From the NCBI RefSeq assembly GCF_963921235.1, contig NC_086101.1, positions 5,582,001 to 5,646,000 of the forward strand: DNA of 64,000 bases. The letters run 5' to 3'. The position numbers and the translations under genes are program-made. Shown here piece by piece: positions 24,550 to 36,546 of the stretch; within the stretch, counting starts at the first letter, position 1, and the number at the start of each line of letters is the position of its first letter. Under the pieces are notes generated by a model. That model did no database searches. It was not told the DNA's origin and was given only the letters and a program-made list of their open reading frames with translations. The stretch is from Mobula hypostoma (Eukaryota).

Positions 24550-25660
24550 GGGACATTGACAGGATCCAGAGTTTGGCTGAGAAGAGGCAGATGGAATTCT
24601 ATCATGAAAAATGGCAAGTGATTCACTTTGGAAGATCAAATTGAAAGCAGACTACAGGGTGATTGGCAGGATTCTGGGCAGTGTGGAGGAACAGAAGGAT
24701 TTTGGGGTCTATGTCCATAGATCCCTCAAAGTTGCCACACAAATTGCTAGAGCGGTTAAGAAGGTGTTGGCCTTCATGAGTCAAAGGACTGAGTTCTTTT
24801 GCTGTGAGGTAATGTTGTACCTCTGTGAAACTCTGGTTAGACCACATTAGGAGTACCGTATTCAGTTCTGATCACGTCATTATTGGAAGGATGTGGATGC
24901 TTTAGAAAGGGTGCAGAGGAGATTTAGCAGGATGCTGCCTGGATTAGAGTGCATGCCTTATAAGGACAGGTTGAATGAGCAAGGGATTTTTACTTCGGAG
25001 TGAAGGAGGATGAGAGGTGTACAAGCTTGGATAGAGACTGGCAAAAAGGAAGAAGTATTCTAAAGGCAAGATGACACAATGGTGGTGGCAACAAAGGAAG
25101 TCAAAGGTGACATATAAACCAAAGAGAGGGCATATAATAGAGCAAATATTAGCAGGAAGTTGTGGGATTGGGAAGATTTTAAATACGAACAGAAGGCAAG
25201 AAAAAAGTCATTAAGAAGGTAAAGATGGAATATTAAACTAAGCTAGCTAATAATATTAAAGAGGATACTACATGTTTCTTCAGATACATAAAATGCAAAA
25301 GAGAGGCAAGAGTGGATATCAGACCACTGGAAAACAATGCTAACGAGGGAGTAATGGGGGACAAGAAAATGGTGGTTCAATGTGGAAGACACGAGCAGTG
25401 TGGTAGAAGTTCCAGGTGTCAGGGGTCATGAAGTGTGTGATGTTACCATAACTAGAGAGAAGGTTCTTGGGAAACTGAAAGATCTGAAGGTAGATAAGTC
25501 ACCTGGACCAGATGGTGCACATCCCAGAGTTCTGAAAGAGGTGGCTGAAGAGATTGCAGAGGGATTAATAATCATCTTTCAAGGATCACTAGATTCTTGA
25601 ATGGTTCCAGAATTTTGGAAAATTGCAAATGTCGCTCCACTCTTCAAGAAGAGAGAGCAG
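24550..25660 (+). mobile_element. Two abutting degenerate CR1 fragments
   Basis: GRILGSVEEQKDFGV (ORF 24611); KLKDLKVDKSPGPDGAHPRVLKE (ORF 25382). Confidence 0.8.
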
Positions 25661-25669
25661 CAGTTGGGA

Positions 25670-26310
25670 AAAAATAGGTAACAGAGGGAGGTGATGGGCA
25701 GGTAAGAGTAGGTGAGAGAGGGAAAAGGGAATGGGGAATGGTGACGGATGGGCATTACCAGAAGTTCGAGAAATCGATGTTCATGCCATCAGGTTGGAGG
25801 CTACCCAGATGAAGTATAAGGTGCTGCTCCTTCAACCTTAGTGTAGCCTGATCGTGACAGTAGAGGAGGCCGTGGACTGACATATCGGAATGGGAAATGG
25901 AATTAAAATGGGTGACTACTGGGAGATCTCGCTTTCTCTGGCAGACAGATCATAGATGCTTGGCGAAGCAGTCTCCCAATCTACGTGGTCTCACTGATGT
26001 ACAGGACCCCGCACTGGGAGCACAGGACTCAGTAAATGACCCCAACAGACTCACAGGTGAAGGGCTGCCTCACCTGCAAGGACTGTTTGTGGCCCTTAAT
26101 GGCAGTGAGGGAGGAGGTGTAGGGGCAAGTGTAGCACTTGTTCTGCCTGCAAGGATAAGTGCCAGGAGAGAGATCAGTGGGAAGGGAATCATGTCGGGAG
26201 TGATCCCTGTGGAAAGCAGAAAGTGGGGGGAGGGAAAGATGTGTTTGGTGGTGGAACCCCATTGGAATAACAGATTTTACAGAGAATTATGTGCTGGACG
26301 AGTTATGGGT
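25670..26310 (-). mobile_element. Penelope-like GIY-YIG fragment
   Basis: PGTYPCRQNKCYTCPY...QVRQPFTCESVGVIY in ORF 26029..26262. Confidence 0.8.
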
Positions 26311-26354
26311 TAGATAGTTCTTAGCCTCTACATTCTATGAAATATGAAACTCTA

Positions 26355-26553
26355 GATAGATAGACAGACATACTTTATTGATCCCGAGGGAAACTGGGTT
26401 TCGTTACAGTTGCACCAACCAAGAATGGAGTATAAATATAGAAATATAGAACCATAAATAATTAAATAATAATATGTAAATTATGCCAGATAGAAATAAG
26501 TCCAGGACCAGCCTATTGGCTCAAGGTGTCTGACCCTCCAAGGGAGGAGTTGT
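26355..26553 (-). mobile_element. Rex1/Babar extreme 3' end, same family as 277-1011 but with a (TATC)n tail
   Basis: Shares 'tactttattgatccc...aagtccaggaccagcctattggctc'; tail reads tagatagatagacagaca on the + strand. Confidence 0.8.
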
Positions 26554-28611
26554 TGGGGAGGATGTTGAGAGAATATTTCCCCTTATAAGGCTATCTAGAC
26601 GCAAGTGTTCATTGCTTCCAAACAAGGGTTCACTCAATCTGGGTGGAGATGAAGACTTTCTGTTCTCAGTGTGACTCTGTGCAATTCTCTGCCCAATGAG
26701 CTGTGGACATGAGCATCTTCAAGATTGAAATAGATAAATTGAAGATTAACAGATTGCTCATCTTTATACTTTATTAACCCCTGTGTTTTACAGACCTGTC
26801 TGACGGTCCAAAGTGGTGATTTTGAATTAAGATCTTCTGAGTCATTTCACTGCATTAGTGCAACATTAGACACAAAAAAATCCGTCTTTACAATGAAAGC
26901 TACTTATCAACGGGTTTTATACGGACTGGTGATCCAAATTGTCCAATTCCATTGTACCTAGTCTGTGGCAAACAACTTACAAATGTTGCAATGGCTGCGG
27001 CAAACTGAAAAGACATTTAAATACAAATCACAGCCATACGATAGGCAGGAAGGTAAGAGAGGTGGGGTAACGCTTTTAATTAAGGATGAGATCAGGGTGA
27101 TGGTGAGAGACGATATAAGATCTAAGGAGCAGAATGTTGAATCCATCTGGGTAGAGATTAGGAATAGTAAAGGGGAAAAAAAACCCCTGTTGGGAGTTGT
27201 CTATCAGCCACCAAATAATAACATTAAAGTGGCACGGGCAATAAACAGGGAAATATCTGAGGCATGTAAGAATGGAACAGCAGTTATCGTGGGGGACTTT
27301 AACTTGCACATAGATTTGGTAAATTAAGTTGGTCGAGGCAGTCTTGAGGAGGACTTCATAGAATGCATCCGTGATGGTTTTCTTCAACAGCATGTTACTG
27401 AACCTACAAGGGAATGTGCTAACTTAGATCTAGTCTTCTGCAATGTGACAGTTAAAATTGGCAATCTTGTAGTTAGGGATCCTTTTGGAAACAGAGATCA
27501 CAGTATGATTGAGTTTCTCGTACAAATGGAGGTGAAATAGTTCGATCTGAAACCAGTGTATTATGCCTAAACAATGGAGACTACAACAGGATGAGGGAGG
27601 AGTTGGACAGTGTAAACTGGGAACACAGGCTATATGGTGGGACAGTTGAGGAACAGTGGTAGACATTCAAAGAGATTTTTCACGGTGCTCAACAAAAGTA
27701 TATTCCAGTTAAAAACAAGGACAATAAGGCTGGGGAGAGCCAGGAAATAAGAGAGTAAGGAAATAAAAGAAGGCATTAAACTAAAAGCTCATGTGTGCAA
27801 AGTCGCCAAGAGTAGTGGGAAAAGTGGAACTGGAAGATTGGGAAAACTTTAAAAAGCAACGAAGAACCACTAAGCAGGCAGTAAAGAAAAGGAAACTAGA
27901 TTGTGAAAGTAAACTAGCACAAAATATTAGAAATTTTTATAATTATATAAAGTGGAAAAGGGTGAGTAAAGTTAATGTAGGTCCCTTGGAGGACAAGAAG
28001 GGGGAATTGATATTGGGTAATGAGGAAATGGCCAAGGCTTCGAATGACTATTTTGTGTTGGTCTTCATGGTGGAGGACACGTCTAAGACGCCAAAGAGAG
28101 ATGTTATGGATGTGATGGGAGGTGAGGACCTTAATACAACAGCTGTCACTGAAAAGGTAGTGCTGAGCAAACTTGTGGGACTGAAGATAGACAAGTCCCC
28201 TGGTCCTGATGGAATGTGTCCCAGAATACTGAAAGAAATGGCAGTTGTTATAGCAGAGGCTTTGGTGATAATGTACCAAAATTCTCTGGAATCTGGACAG
28301 GTCCCGGCAGATTGGAAGACGGCGAATGCCACACCGCTGTTCAAAAAAGGATGCAGGCCAAAGGCAGGTAGCTATAGGCCAGTTAGTTTAGCGTCTGTAG
28401 TTGGGAAAATGCTTGAAGCTATCATTAAAGAAGAAATAGCAAGGCATCTGGAAAGAAATGGATCCACCAGGCAGACGCAGCATGGATTCAGCAAAGGCAG
28501 GTCCTGTTTGACAAACTTACTGGAGTTCTTTGAGGATATAACAAGCACAGTGGATAGAGGGGAAACAGATAGACGTTATTTATTTGGAATTCCAGAAGGT
28601 GTTCGATAAGG

Positions 28612-28927
28612 TTCAAAGGTTTGAAGATTCAATTTAATGTCAGAGAAATGTATACAATATGAAACCTGAAATGCTTTTTCTTCACAACCATCCACAAAAA
28701 CAGAGGAGTGTCCCAAAGAATGAATGACAGTTAAATGTTAGAACCCCAAAGTCCCTCCCAGCCTCCCAGTAAGTGGCAGCAAGCAACAGTCCCCCCTTTC
28801 CCCACCGGCAAAGAGAAGCATCGGCACTCACCACTGAGCACTCAAGCGTAAGCAAAGCAATAACAAAGACACAGACCTGCAGTTACCCCAAAGACTACGC
28901 GTTTCACCCGGTATTCGACATACCACA

Positions 28928-28967
<40 letters not shown>

Positions 28968-29468
28968 AACAAGGGAGAAGGAAGTGTCTCCGTTTTCCCA
29001 GCAAGCAGGGAGACATAACAAACAACTCTCTGGTTTGCAATGTTAAAAATCCGTTATGTCATTTTTCTCAAGCTCTGTGCCCGAAGATCTCAAAGATCTC
29101 GGGTCTCCGGGCACACAGCCGTAGATATACTGACTCCCCTGATGACACACGGGTCTCCTGCTGTGACACTGACCCTCGATCAGCCCACCTCCAGAGCCCC
29201 GAGATCTTAGGCTTCCAAATCCGAGCCGGACTCTTAGGCTGTGCCCTTGGCGTGCCGAACAACAACGACCAATTATGAAACCCCGAAAACAGGTCCCATT
29301 CCTGCAAAGAACCGTAGTCAGCATGCAACTCCAGGTCAGGGTCTTCAAAAGAACCCTGAAAGGGAAAAATATAGATATTACGGATAGAAATAGAGCTGTT
29401 TCCAAAGATGCAAGTAAAGGAGTCACCGTTTAGTGCCATCCTCACTCTACTCTGCCTCTTCCGATACA
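28612..29468 (-). mobile_element. Non-autonomous element with a (GA)n tract and Rex1-type (TTGAAC) tail, inserted in CR1
   Basis: CR1 'gataag|...|tgctgcataaaag' (DK-VPHK) is split; a related + strand copy lies at ~50830-51160. Confidence 0.65.
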
Positions 29469-29776
29469 TGCTGCATAAAAGACTTATCCGTAAGATAAGG
29501 ATGCATAGAGTTGGGGGTGATGTATCAGCATGGATAGAGGACTGGTTAACCAATAGACAGCAGAGAGTTGGAATATATGGGTGTTACTCTGGTTGGCAAT
29601 CAGTGTTGTGCGGTGCGTGACGGGGTCAGTGCTGGGCCCGCAACTGTTCACGATATACATTAATTAACAACCTGGAAGAGGGGACCTAGTGTAGTGTATC
29701 TAAGTTTGCTGATGACACTAAATTGAATGGAAAAGTAGATTGTGCAGAAGATATGGAGAGCCTGCAGAGAGATATA

Positions 29777-30226
29777 CGAGGGGTGATTGATAAGTCTGTG
29801 TCCTAAGCTAGAGGGAGATGAGTTACTAATTTCAGACTTTCTGCATTTTCACTCAAAGGGTTGAGCTGCACGTGCATGTAACAATAGCTGTATAACACAT
29901 CTCCTTCTACCTTGGGCCACAAACTTATCAATCACCTCTACTGTGGACCACCTGGAGGTCCAAGACGCTGTCGTTACATGCATGTGCAGTTCAACTCTTT
30001 GAGTGAAAATGCAGAAGTTAATAACTCATCTCCTTCTACCTTCGGCCACAAACTTATCAATCACCCCTGCTGTGGACTACTTCTACAAAGAAGGGATCCG
30101 TATGTTCCACGACTGCTGGACTAAGTGTGTACATATAGGAGGGGACTTTGTTGAAAAATAAAAGTACTAGGTTTTCTAAAATTGACCCCTTCTACCTTAG
30201 GCCACAAACTTATCAATCACCCCTCG
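29777..30226 (+). mobile_element. Mariner-derived composite MITE with TA TSD
   Basis: TA|cgaggggtgattgataag...cttatcaatcacccctcg|TA; the 3' part encodes FYKEGIRMFHDCWTKCVHIGGDFVEK*, a mariner transposase C-terminus. Confidence 0.9.
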
Positions 30227-31315
30227 TAGGTAGGTCAGATGAGTGGGCAAATGTCTGGCAGTCGGAGTACAATGTTGGTAAATGTGAGGTCATCCACGTT
30301 GGAAGGAAAAATAAAAGAGCAGATTATTATTTAGACAGTAAAAAATTGCAGCACGCTGCTGTGCAGAGGGTCTTGGGAGTGCTCGTGCATGAATCACAAA
30401 AGGTTGGTTTGCTGGTGCAACAGGCTATCAAGAAGACAAATGTTGGCCTTCATTGCTAAAGGGATTGAATTTAAGAGCAGGGAGGTTATGCTGTAACTGT
30501 ACAGGGTACTGGTGAGGCCGCACCTGGAGTACTGCGTGCAGTTCTGGTCTCCATACTTGAAGAAGGATATACTGGCTTTAGAGGTGGTGCAGAGGAGGTT
30601 CATCAGGTTGATTCCAGAGATGAAGGGATTAGACTATGAGGAGAGATTGAGTCACCTTGGACTGTACTTGTTGGACTTCAGAAGAATGAGAGGAGATCTT
30701 GTAGAAACATATAAAATTATGAAAGGGATAGATAAGATAGAGGCAGCAAAGTTGTTTTCACTGGTAGCTGAGACTAGAACTAGGGGACATAGCCTCAAGA
30801 TTCGGGGAAGTAGATTTAGGACAGAGTTGAGGGGAACTGCTTTTCTCAAAGAGTGGTGAATCTGTGGAATGCTCTGCCCAATGACGCAGTGGAGGCTACC
30901 TCAGTAAATATATTTAAGACAAGGTTGGATAGATTTTTGCATAGGGGAATTAAGGGTTATGGGAAAGGGCAGGTAGGTGGAGATGAATCGATGGCCAGAT
31001 CAGCCATGATCTTATTGAATGGCAGAGCAGACTCGGTGAGCCAGATGGCCGACTCCTGCTCCTATTTCTTATGTTCTTATATGACACATAAGTGCAGATT
31101 ATTTTAAACAGCTACCGGAGCCTCAAAATGAACAGTAAAGCTTTCGTTAATAAATTCACAGTCATTAAGAAGGTTCAGGAAGCAAGTTATTTAGTAGCAG
31201 AAAGGAAAAGTCGCTCAGTTGGTGAGAACCTAATAATGCAAGCTTGTAAAATTATCGTGGGTATAATGCTTAGGCAAAATGCGGTGCGAGATATTGAAAA
31301 GGTTTCACACTCAGT

Positions 31316-32172
31316 GATGAAGATGGCTGGTACTTCGCTTGCAAAGATCAGGAAAAAAGAGTCCCCAGGAGCAAAGGCATGATCGTTGACTACCGTAACG
31401 GCCAATTCTGGATCTGCAGACCCTGAAGCCATAGGGACAAGGGAACAGCTGGGATGCGGGCACTTGGGTAGTAGGACCCTTCCTGCGTTTCCACTTCTCT
31501 TCAACAGTCACTCTTCTGGACTCCTCAGAGTTTTTGGCTGCTCCGTGGATCAGTGTTCCCCTGTGGTCTCCGTCACAAGCCGGCTGCTGCCACTCGTTGA
31601 CCTCGATATTTTCCTGAGAGAGCTGCTGCTTAAGTTGGTCTTTGTACCTCTTGCATGGGGCACCACGACCTCTCTTGCTCTGAGAGAGTTTTCCATGGAG
31701 TACTGCTTTCAGTAACCTGGAGTTGTCCATGCTTGAGCAGCAAAGTGCCTTCAACGCTTGGAAGTTGAACCTTCTCCAGGACTTCATTTTTGGAGACACA
31801 GATGATACCCATGATGGAAACGCTCGAGCAACCGGACTTGTTTGCGGTACAGGACCAAGGCTTCGGAGCCATATAGCGGTGTTATGACGACAGCAGCACG
31901 GTACGCTTGGATCTTTGTGGACTGACGCAGCTGGTGGTTCTTCCACACGTTTTGAAGGGACTGCTGGCTCTGGCAAGTTGATTGTCAACATCCCTTACTA
32001 TTGTAGTGTTTTCTTCAGACTGACTGGTAACCTGAAAGCCCTTGCAGCCTTGGCGAACTGCGACTGCAGCCTGTAGCGCGTCCTCTGTGTGCGTGAGAAG
32101 AGCACAGTCGTCCGCTTATGGTGGCTCGAGAACGGGCTCTTGAATGGGGTTTGTTCGGGTGAGAAGGTCAAC
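31316..32172 (-). mobile_element. RTE-clade LINE 3' fragment inserted in the hAT fossil
   Basis: ADDCAL (decayed YADD) at ~32100-32120; LLYGSEAW; GKLSQSKRGRGAPCKRYKDQLK...CPYGFRVCRSRIG. Confidence 0.85.
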
Positions 32173-32751
32173 AGTCTCAGTATGATAAGTCAACGTATTG
32201 ATGACATGTCACATGATGCTGAAGAGGTTTTGTGTGATAAACTGAAAAACAACAGCTTCTCTATGCAGGTTGTTGGTTCAACAGATTTCGCCAGTAAATG
32301 TCATGTTGTAGCATTTGTAAGATCTGTAAATGATGCTGAAATAAAATAAAACTTTTTCTTTTGCAAAGAGTTGCCTGAGAAAAAGCAAAGACCAGGATGT
32401 ATGTAATATCTGGGAACAAAAGGTCTGTCTTGGAGGAACTGTGTTGGCATCTGTACTGATGGTGCCTCATCAACGGTTGTCTCCATGAAAGGTTTCGTTT
32501 CTCTGGTAAAAAAAAATAACAGTGTTGTCACAACACTGCTTTCTTCAGAGAGAGGTAATGATATCAAAAGCTCCTGGAAATGAAATGAAGAACGTTCTGA
32601 ATGATGCCTCAGAAATGGTTAACTTTATTAAAGAAAGACCAGTTCACTCGAGAACGTTTAAAAAGCTGTGTGAAAACCTCGACAAAGAGCACATCAATCT
32701 CCTGCTATATACAGAAATCCGGAGGCTTAGAAGAGGAAAAGTTCTCAACAG

Positions 32752-33394
32752 TGGTTAACAATGCACTAATAGAGGTGCACTGACCTTCATCAACCATGGG
32801 ATTGAGTTTAGGAGCCGAGAGGTAATGTTGCAGCTATATAGGACCCTGGTCAGACCCCACTTGGAGTACTGTGCTCAGTTCTGGTCGCCTCACTACAGCA
32901 AGGATGTGGAAGCCATAGAAAGGGTGCAGAGGAGATATACAAGGATGTTGCCTGGATTGAAGAGCATGCCTTATGAGAATAGGTGGAGTGAACTCCGTCT
33001 TTTCTCCTTGGAGCGGCAGAGGATGAGAGGTGACCTGATAGAGGTGTATAAGATGATGAGAGGCATTGATCGTGTGGATAGTCAGAGGCTTTTTCCCAGG
33101 GCTGAAATGGCTAACACAAGAGAGCACAGTTTTAAGGTGCTTGGAAATAGGTACAGAGGAGATGTCAGGGGTAAGTTTTTTTACGCAGAGTGGTGGGTGC
33201 ATGGAATGGGCTGCTAGCGATGGTGGTGGAGGTGGAAACGATAGGGTCTTCAAAGAGACTTTTGGACAGGTACATGGAGCTTAGAAAAATAGAGGGCTAT
33301 GGGTAACCCTAGGTAATTTCCAAAGTAAGTACATGTTTGGCACAGCATTGTGGGCCGAAGGGCTTGTATTGGGCTGTAGGTTTTCTATGTTTCT
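32752..33394 (+). mobile_element. CR1 3' fragment inserted in the hAT fossil, 5-bp TSD
   Basis: ORF 32825..33217; TSD aacag at 32747-32751 and 33395-33399. Confidence 0.9.
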
Positions 33395-33841
33395 AACAGG
33401 GTATTTGTGCTGAAAGGTGAATTGCAGGAGGACTTTCAAGAAAATAGTCGGCCAGATTTTGCTGAGTGCTTTGAAGATGAAGAATGGCTGCAGAAACTAA
33501 CCCACTTAGCAGACATTTTTCATCACACGAACCAGTTGAGCAAGTCTCTGCGAGGCCATGGAGAAAATGTTTTGACTTCAAGTGACAAGATTCTTGGATT
33601 TTAAAAAAAGAGATCATCTTTGTAGCAATCATGTTACAAAAGGAAATCTTGAAATGTTTCCACTGATGCTTGGGGTTGAGAGTGAGCAAGGATATCAAAA
33701 AGTCTGGAGTCTTATTGAAAACCACCTGGAATAACTGCAGAACAAAATTAAACAGTATTTTTCGTCCCTTTCAACACAGGTGTATGACTGGGTGAGGGAC
33801 CCTTTCTCTGAATCTTCGGCTCAGCCTGAGAACTTGACTTT

Positions 33842-34015
33842 TTTTTAAATACAATTTTTATTGTGTTTTTGAAGTGATTACATGGAAAGATGTCTACTCT
33901 TCCCCCTTCCCTTAACCCTTCCGCCCGATATATACCCCCAGCTGAAAAAAAAAGAAAAAGAAAGCAGAACTTCCTGGATATTGGAAGGTTTCCACATGCT
34001 CCATGAGATTCAAAA
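33842..34015 (-). mobile_element. Poly(A)-tailed L1/Tx1-type 3' fragment, 14-bp TSD
   Basis: TSD gagaacttgacttt at 33828-33841 and 34016-34029; poly-T and 'ttttattg' (AATAAA on the - strand). Confidence 0.7.
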
Positions 34016-35249
34016 GAGAACTTGACTTTGAGAGAAGAGTGAGAACTTTGTGAGCTGCAGTCTGATCATGCACTCAAGATGAGATTTACTGACCTGCCCT
34101 TGGGCAAGTTCTGGATTTCTGTGAAAGAAGAGTATCCTGCCACTCGTAGGAAAGCAATGAACATTTTGCTGCAGTTTTCAATTTCTAACATGTGTGAGCA
34201 AGCTTTTTCTTGTTGAACAAGCATCGAGAGCAAGGATAGAAATCGTTTCATTTCAGTTGAGGGTGAAATCTCTGTGTGCTTATCACAAGTTCAACCCAGA
34301 ATTGAGTATTTGTGGAGAGCTGCCAGCACAAGTGGTGCATGCAAGCTCAATTTCACTGCTTAAGAGAAATTTAGATAGATACATGGCTAGTAGGGGTATG
34401 GTGGGCAATGGACCCAGTGCAGGTGAATGGGAGTATGGGAGTAGGCAGGTTAAATGTTTCAGCATGGACTTGAAGGACCTGTTTCTGTGGTGTACTTCTC
34501 AATGATTTTATGATGCTAGGCTCACCCTTTCCACTTCTGATCCATGGATGAGGATTGATGTGTGTTCCTTGAATTCCCTGCTGCCGTTCAAATCTTTAAA
34601 TGTTTGATTAGCCACTTCATTCTGGAAAAATGGGCTGCAAACTGGCAGGTGGAATTTAATGCAGACCAGCGTGCAATTTTACAAATTCAGGTAGGGATAG
34701 TGAGGGGCAGGGCACTGAGGAGTGTGGCTGAATAGAGGAATCTGACAATACAGATCCATAATTCCCTGAAAGTGGCATCTCACGTAGATAAGGTCATAAA
34801 GAGAGCTTTTGACACATCGTGCTTCATAAATCAAAGTATTGAGTGCAGGCATTGGTATGTTAAGTTGAAGTTGTGTAAGACTTTGATCAGGATTAGTATG
34901 GAGTACATGTGCAATTCTGGTCACCTACCTACAAGACTGGTATCTATAACGTTGAAAGCGTGTAGAGAAACTTTACAAGGAATGTGCCTTGGGGGCCTGA
35001 GTTATAGGGTAAGTTTGAATAGATTAGGACCTTATTTCCTGCAGTGTTGAAGAATAGACAATAGACAATAGGTGCAGGAGGAGGCCATTCGGTCCTTCGA
35101 GCCAGCACCACCATTCACTGTGATCATGGCTGATCATCCACAATCAATATCCAGTTTCTGACTTATCCCCATAACCTTTGATTCCACTAACATCGAATAA
35201 GGGGAGATTTAATAGAGATATGTAAAATTATGAGGGTTATGGATAGGGT

Positions 35250-35665
35250 TGGGTGGCAGGGTGGAGATACTTCTCTACCAAAGGAGATGTAAGGCATTCC
35301 ATCCCTCTGCTATCCTGCAGGTCATCCTTGGGCAACGTATGGCACCTGCTTAACCCCTGAAAAGGGTGACGTAAAGCCAAGGCAGCAAGTAGTGGATGGT
35401 TGTATGAGCAGCTGGTGCATATCACAAGTTTTGGTTATGCAATAACTGACACCAGGCAGAGAAACAGGCCCTTCAGCCCATCCAGTCTATGCTAAACTCT
35501 CTGAAGAGCATTGATAATAGCCAGGGTCACCATCTTGTAAAGACACGCTCAGAAGAAGGTAATGGCAAACCACTCCTCTTGAAAAATTAGCCAAGAACAA
35601 TCCTGGTCATGCAAAGACTACGGTCACCCATGTCATATGACATGGCATATAACAAGTGCACAATA
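35250..35665 (+). mobile_element. RTE-dependent non-autonomous element (Bov-A-like bipartite)
   Basis: TSD gatagggt at 35242-35249 and 35666-35673; 'agaagaaggtaatggcaaaccact' resembles the Bov-A/RTE motif; the 5' head recurs inverted at 40335-40450. Confidence 0.6.
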
Positions 35666-35691
35666 GATAGGGTAAATGCAGGCAGGCATTT

Positions 35692-36172
35692 GCCTTCTTT
35701 TCTTTTCAAATCTTTTTATTATTATTATCCAAAATTAACAAGAGTACATTGAAGTAGGCAACACTTACAATATCTCAAGAAAAAAATACATTGTTTTAAA
35801 GATTGAAAAAAATTTTGGTGACAAAAAAAAAGAAAAAAAAAACCCTACTAAGCAAGAAAAAGTGAGGGGAAAAAAACCATTAGGTGTTCAACTCCGGACC
35901 CACGTGTCATACAAAAAGCTTCTAAAGATAAACAGCAGACCGCCAGCAAGGAAAAAAATATAGCAAAAATTTACAATTAGATCATGGAGGAAATCCATCA
36001 ATTAACTCAAATGATAGTAACGAGCAAATGAACCCCATCTTTTCTCAAAATCAAACATAGGTTCAAAAGTTCAACTAATTTTCTCCAAACTAAGACATAG
36101 CATCACTTGAGAGAACCATTGTGACAAAGTGGGAGCTGATGTATCCTTCCACTTCAACAAAATGGCCCTCCT
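35692..36172 (-). mobile_element. L1-clade LINE 3' fragment, 11-bp TSD
   Basis: RRAILLKWKDTSAPTLSQWFSQVMLCLSLEKI (L1 ORF2 C-terminus); TSD ggcaggcattt at 35681-35691 and 36173-36183. Confidence 0.85.
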
Positions 36173-36546
36173 GGCAGGCATTTTCCTCTGTTGAGTAATA
36201 CTGGAAAAAGCGGTCATAGGTTAAGGGTGACAGGCAAGGGAAACCTGAGGGGGGACATCAGACGGTTGTGCATGTGAGGAACAAGATGGCGATGGATGCA
36301 GGAACATCTGTATCATTGAAGAGAAGTTTGGATAGGTACATGGATAGGAGGGGTACGGAGGGCTATGGTCCAGGTGCAGGTGGATGGGACTAGACAGAAC
36401 AATAGTTAGCATAGACTAGATGGGCTGAAGGGCCTGTTTCTCTGCTGTAGTGTTCTATGACTTTTAAAAAAGAAAGGTGATAAAGGACTCCATAAGGAAG
36501 TGATGAATGTGGGGATAGGGCCAGTTAGGCCTACATTCACTGATAA

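Larger units (their letters stand above)
27040..31082 (+). mobile_element. CR1 LINE (family B), 5'-truncated in the endonuclease, inserted in the hAT fossil
   Basis: GGVTLLI..VYQPP..GDFN; DKSPGPDG; YRPVSL; QHGF; RPHLEYCVQFWSP; 'ttcttatgttcttat' tail; same family as 58765-60465. Confidence 0.9.
26790..34310 (+). mobile_element. Fossil hAT (Buster/Charlie, ZBED5/ZBED8/SCAND3-like) transposase split into 5 pieces
   Basis: ~26870-27038 YNESYLSTGF..TGDPNCPIP..VCGKQL..AM..KLKRHL; 31083-31312 QEASYLVAE..VGENLIMQACKIIV; 32175-32751 ISQRIDDMS..FSMQV, gtactgatggtgcc (TDGA), EIRRLRRGKVLN; 33395-33840 EEWLQKLTHLADIF; 34016-34310 FWISVKEEYP..CEQAFS. Confidence 0.9.
34610..36460 (+). mobile_element. Old CR1 3' portion carrying three separate insertions
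   Basis: RT C-terminus is interrupted at ~35055-35190 (antisense CR1 tail), 35250-35665 and 35692-36172. Confidence 0.8.

Noticed and set aside
26790..34310. Domesticated ZBED5/ZBED8/SCAND3-like host gene with introns
   Set aside because: The interruptions are TE insertions, mostly with TSDs, not GT-AG introns. The pieces carry stops, frameshifts and altered conserved residues.
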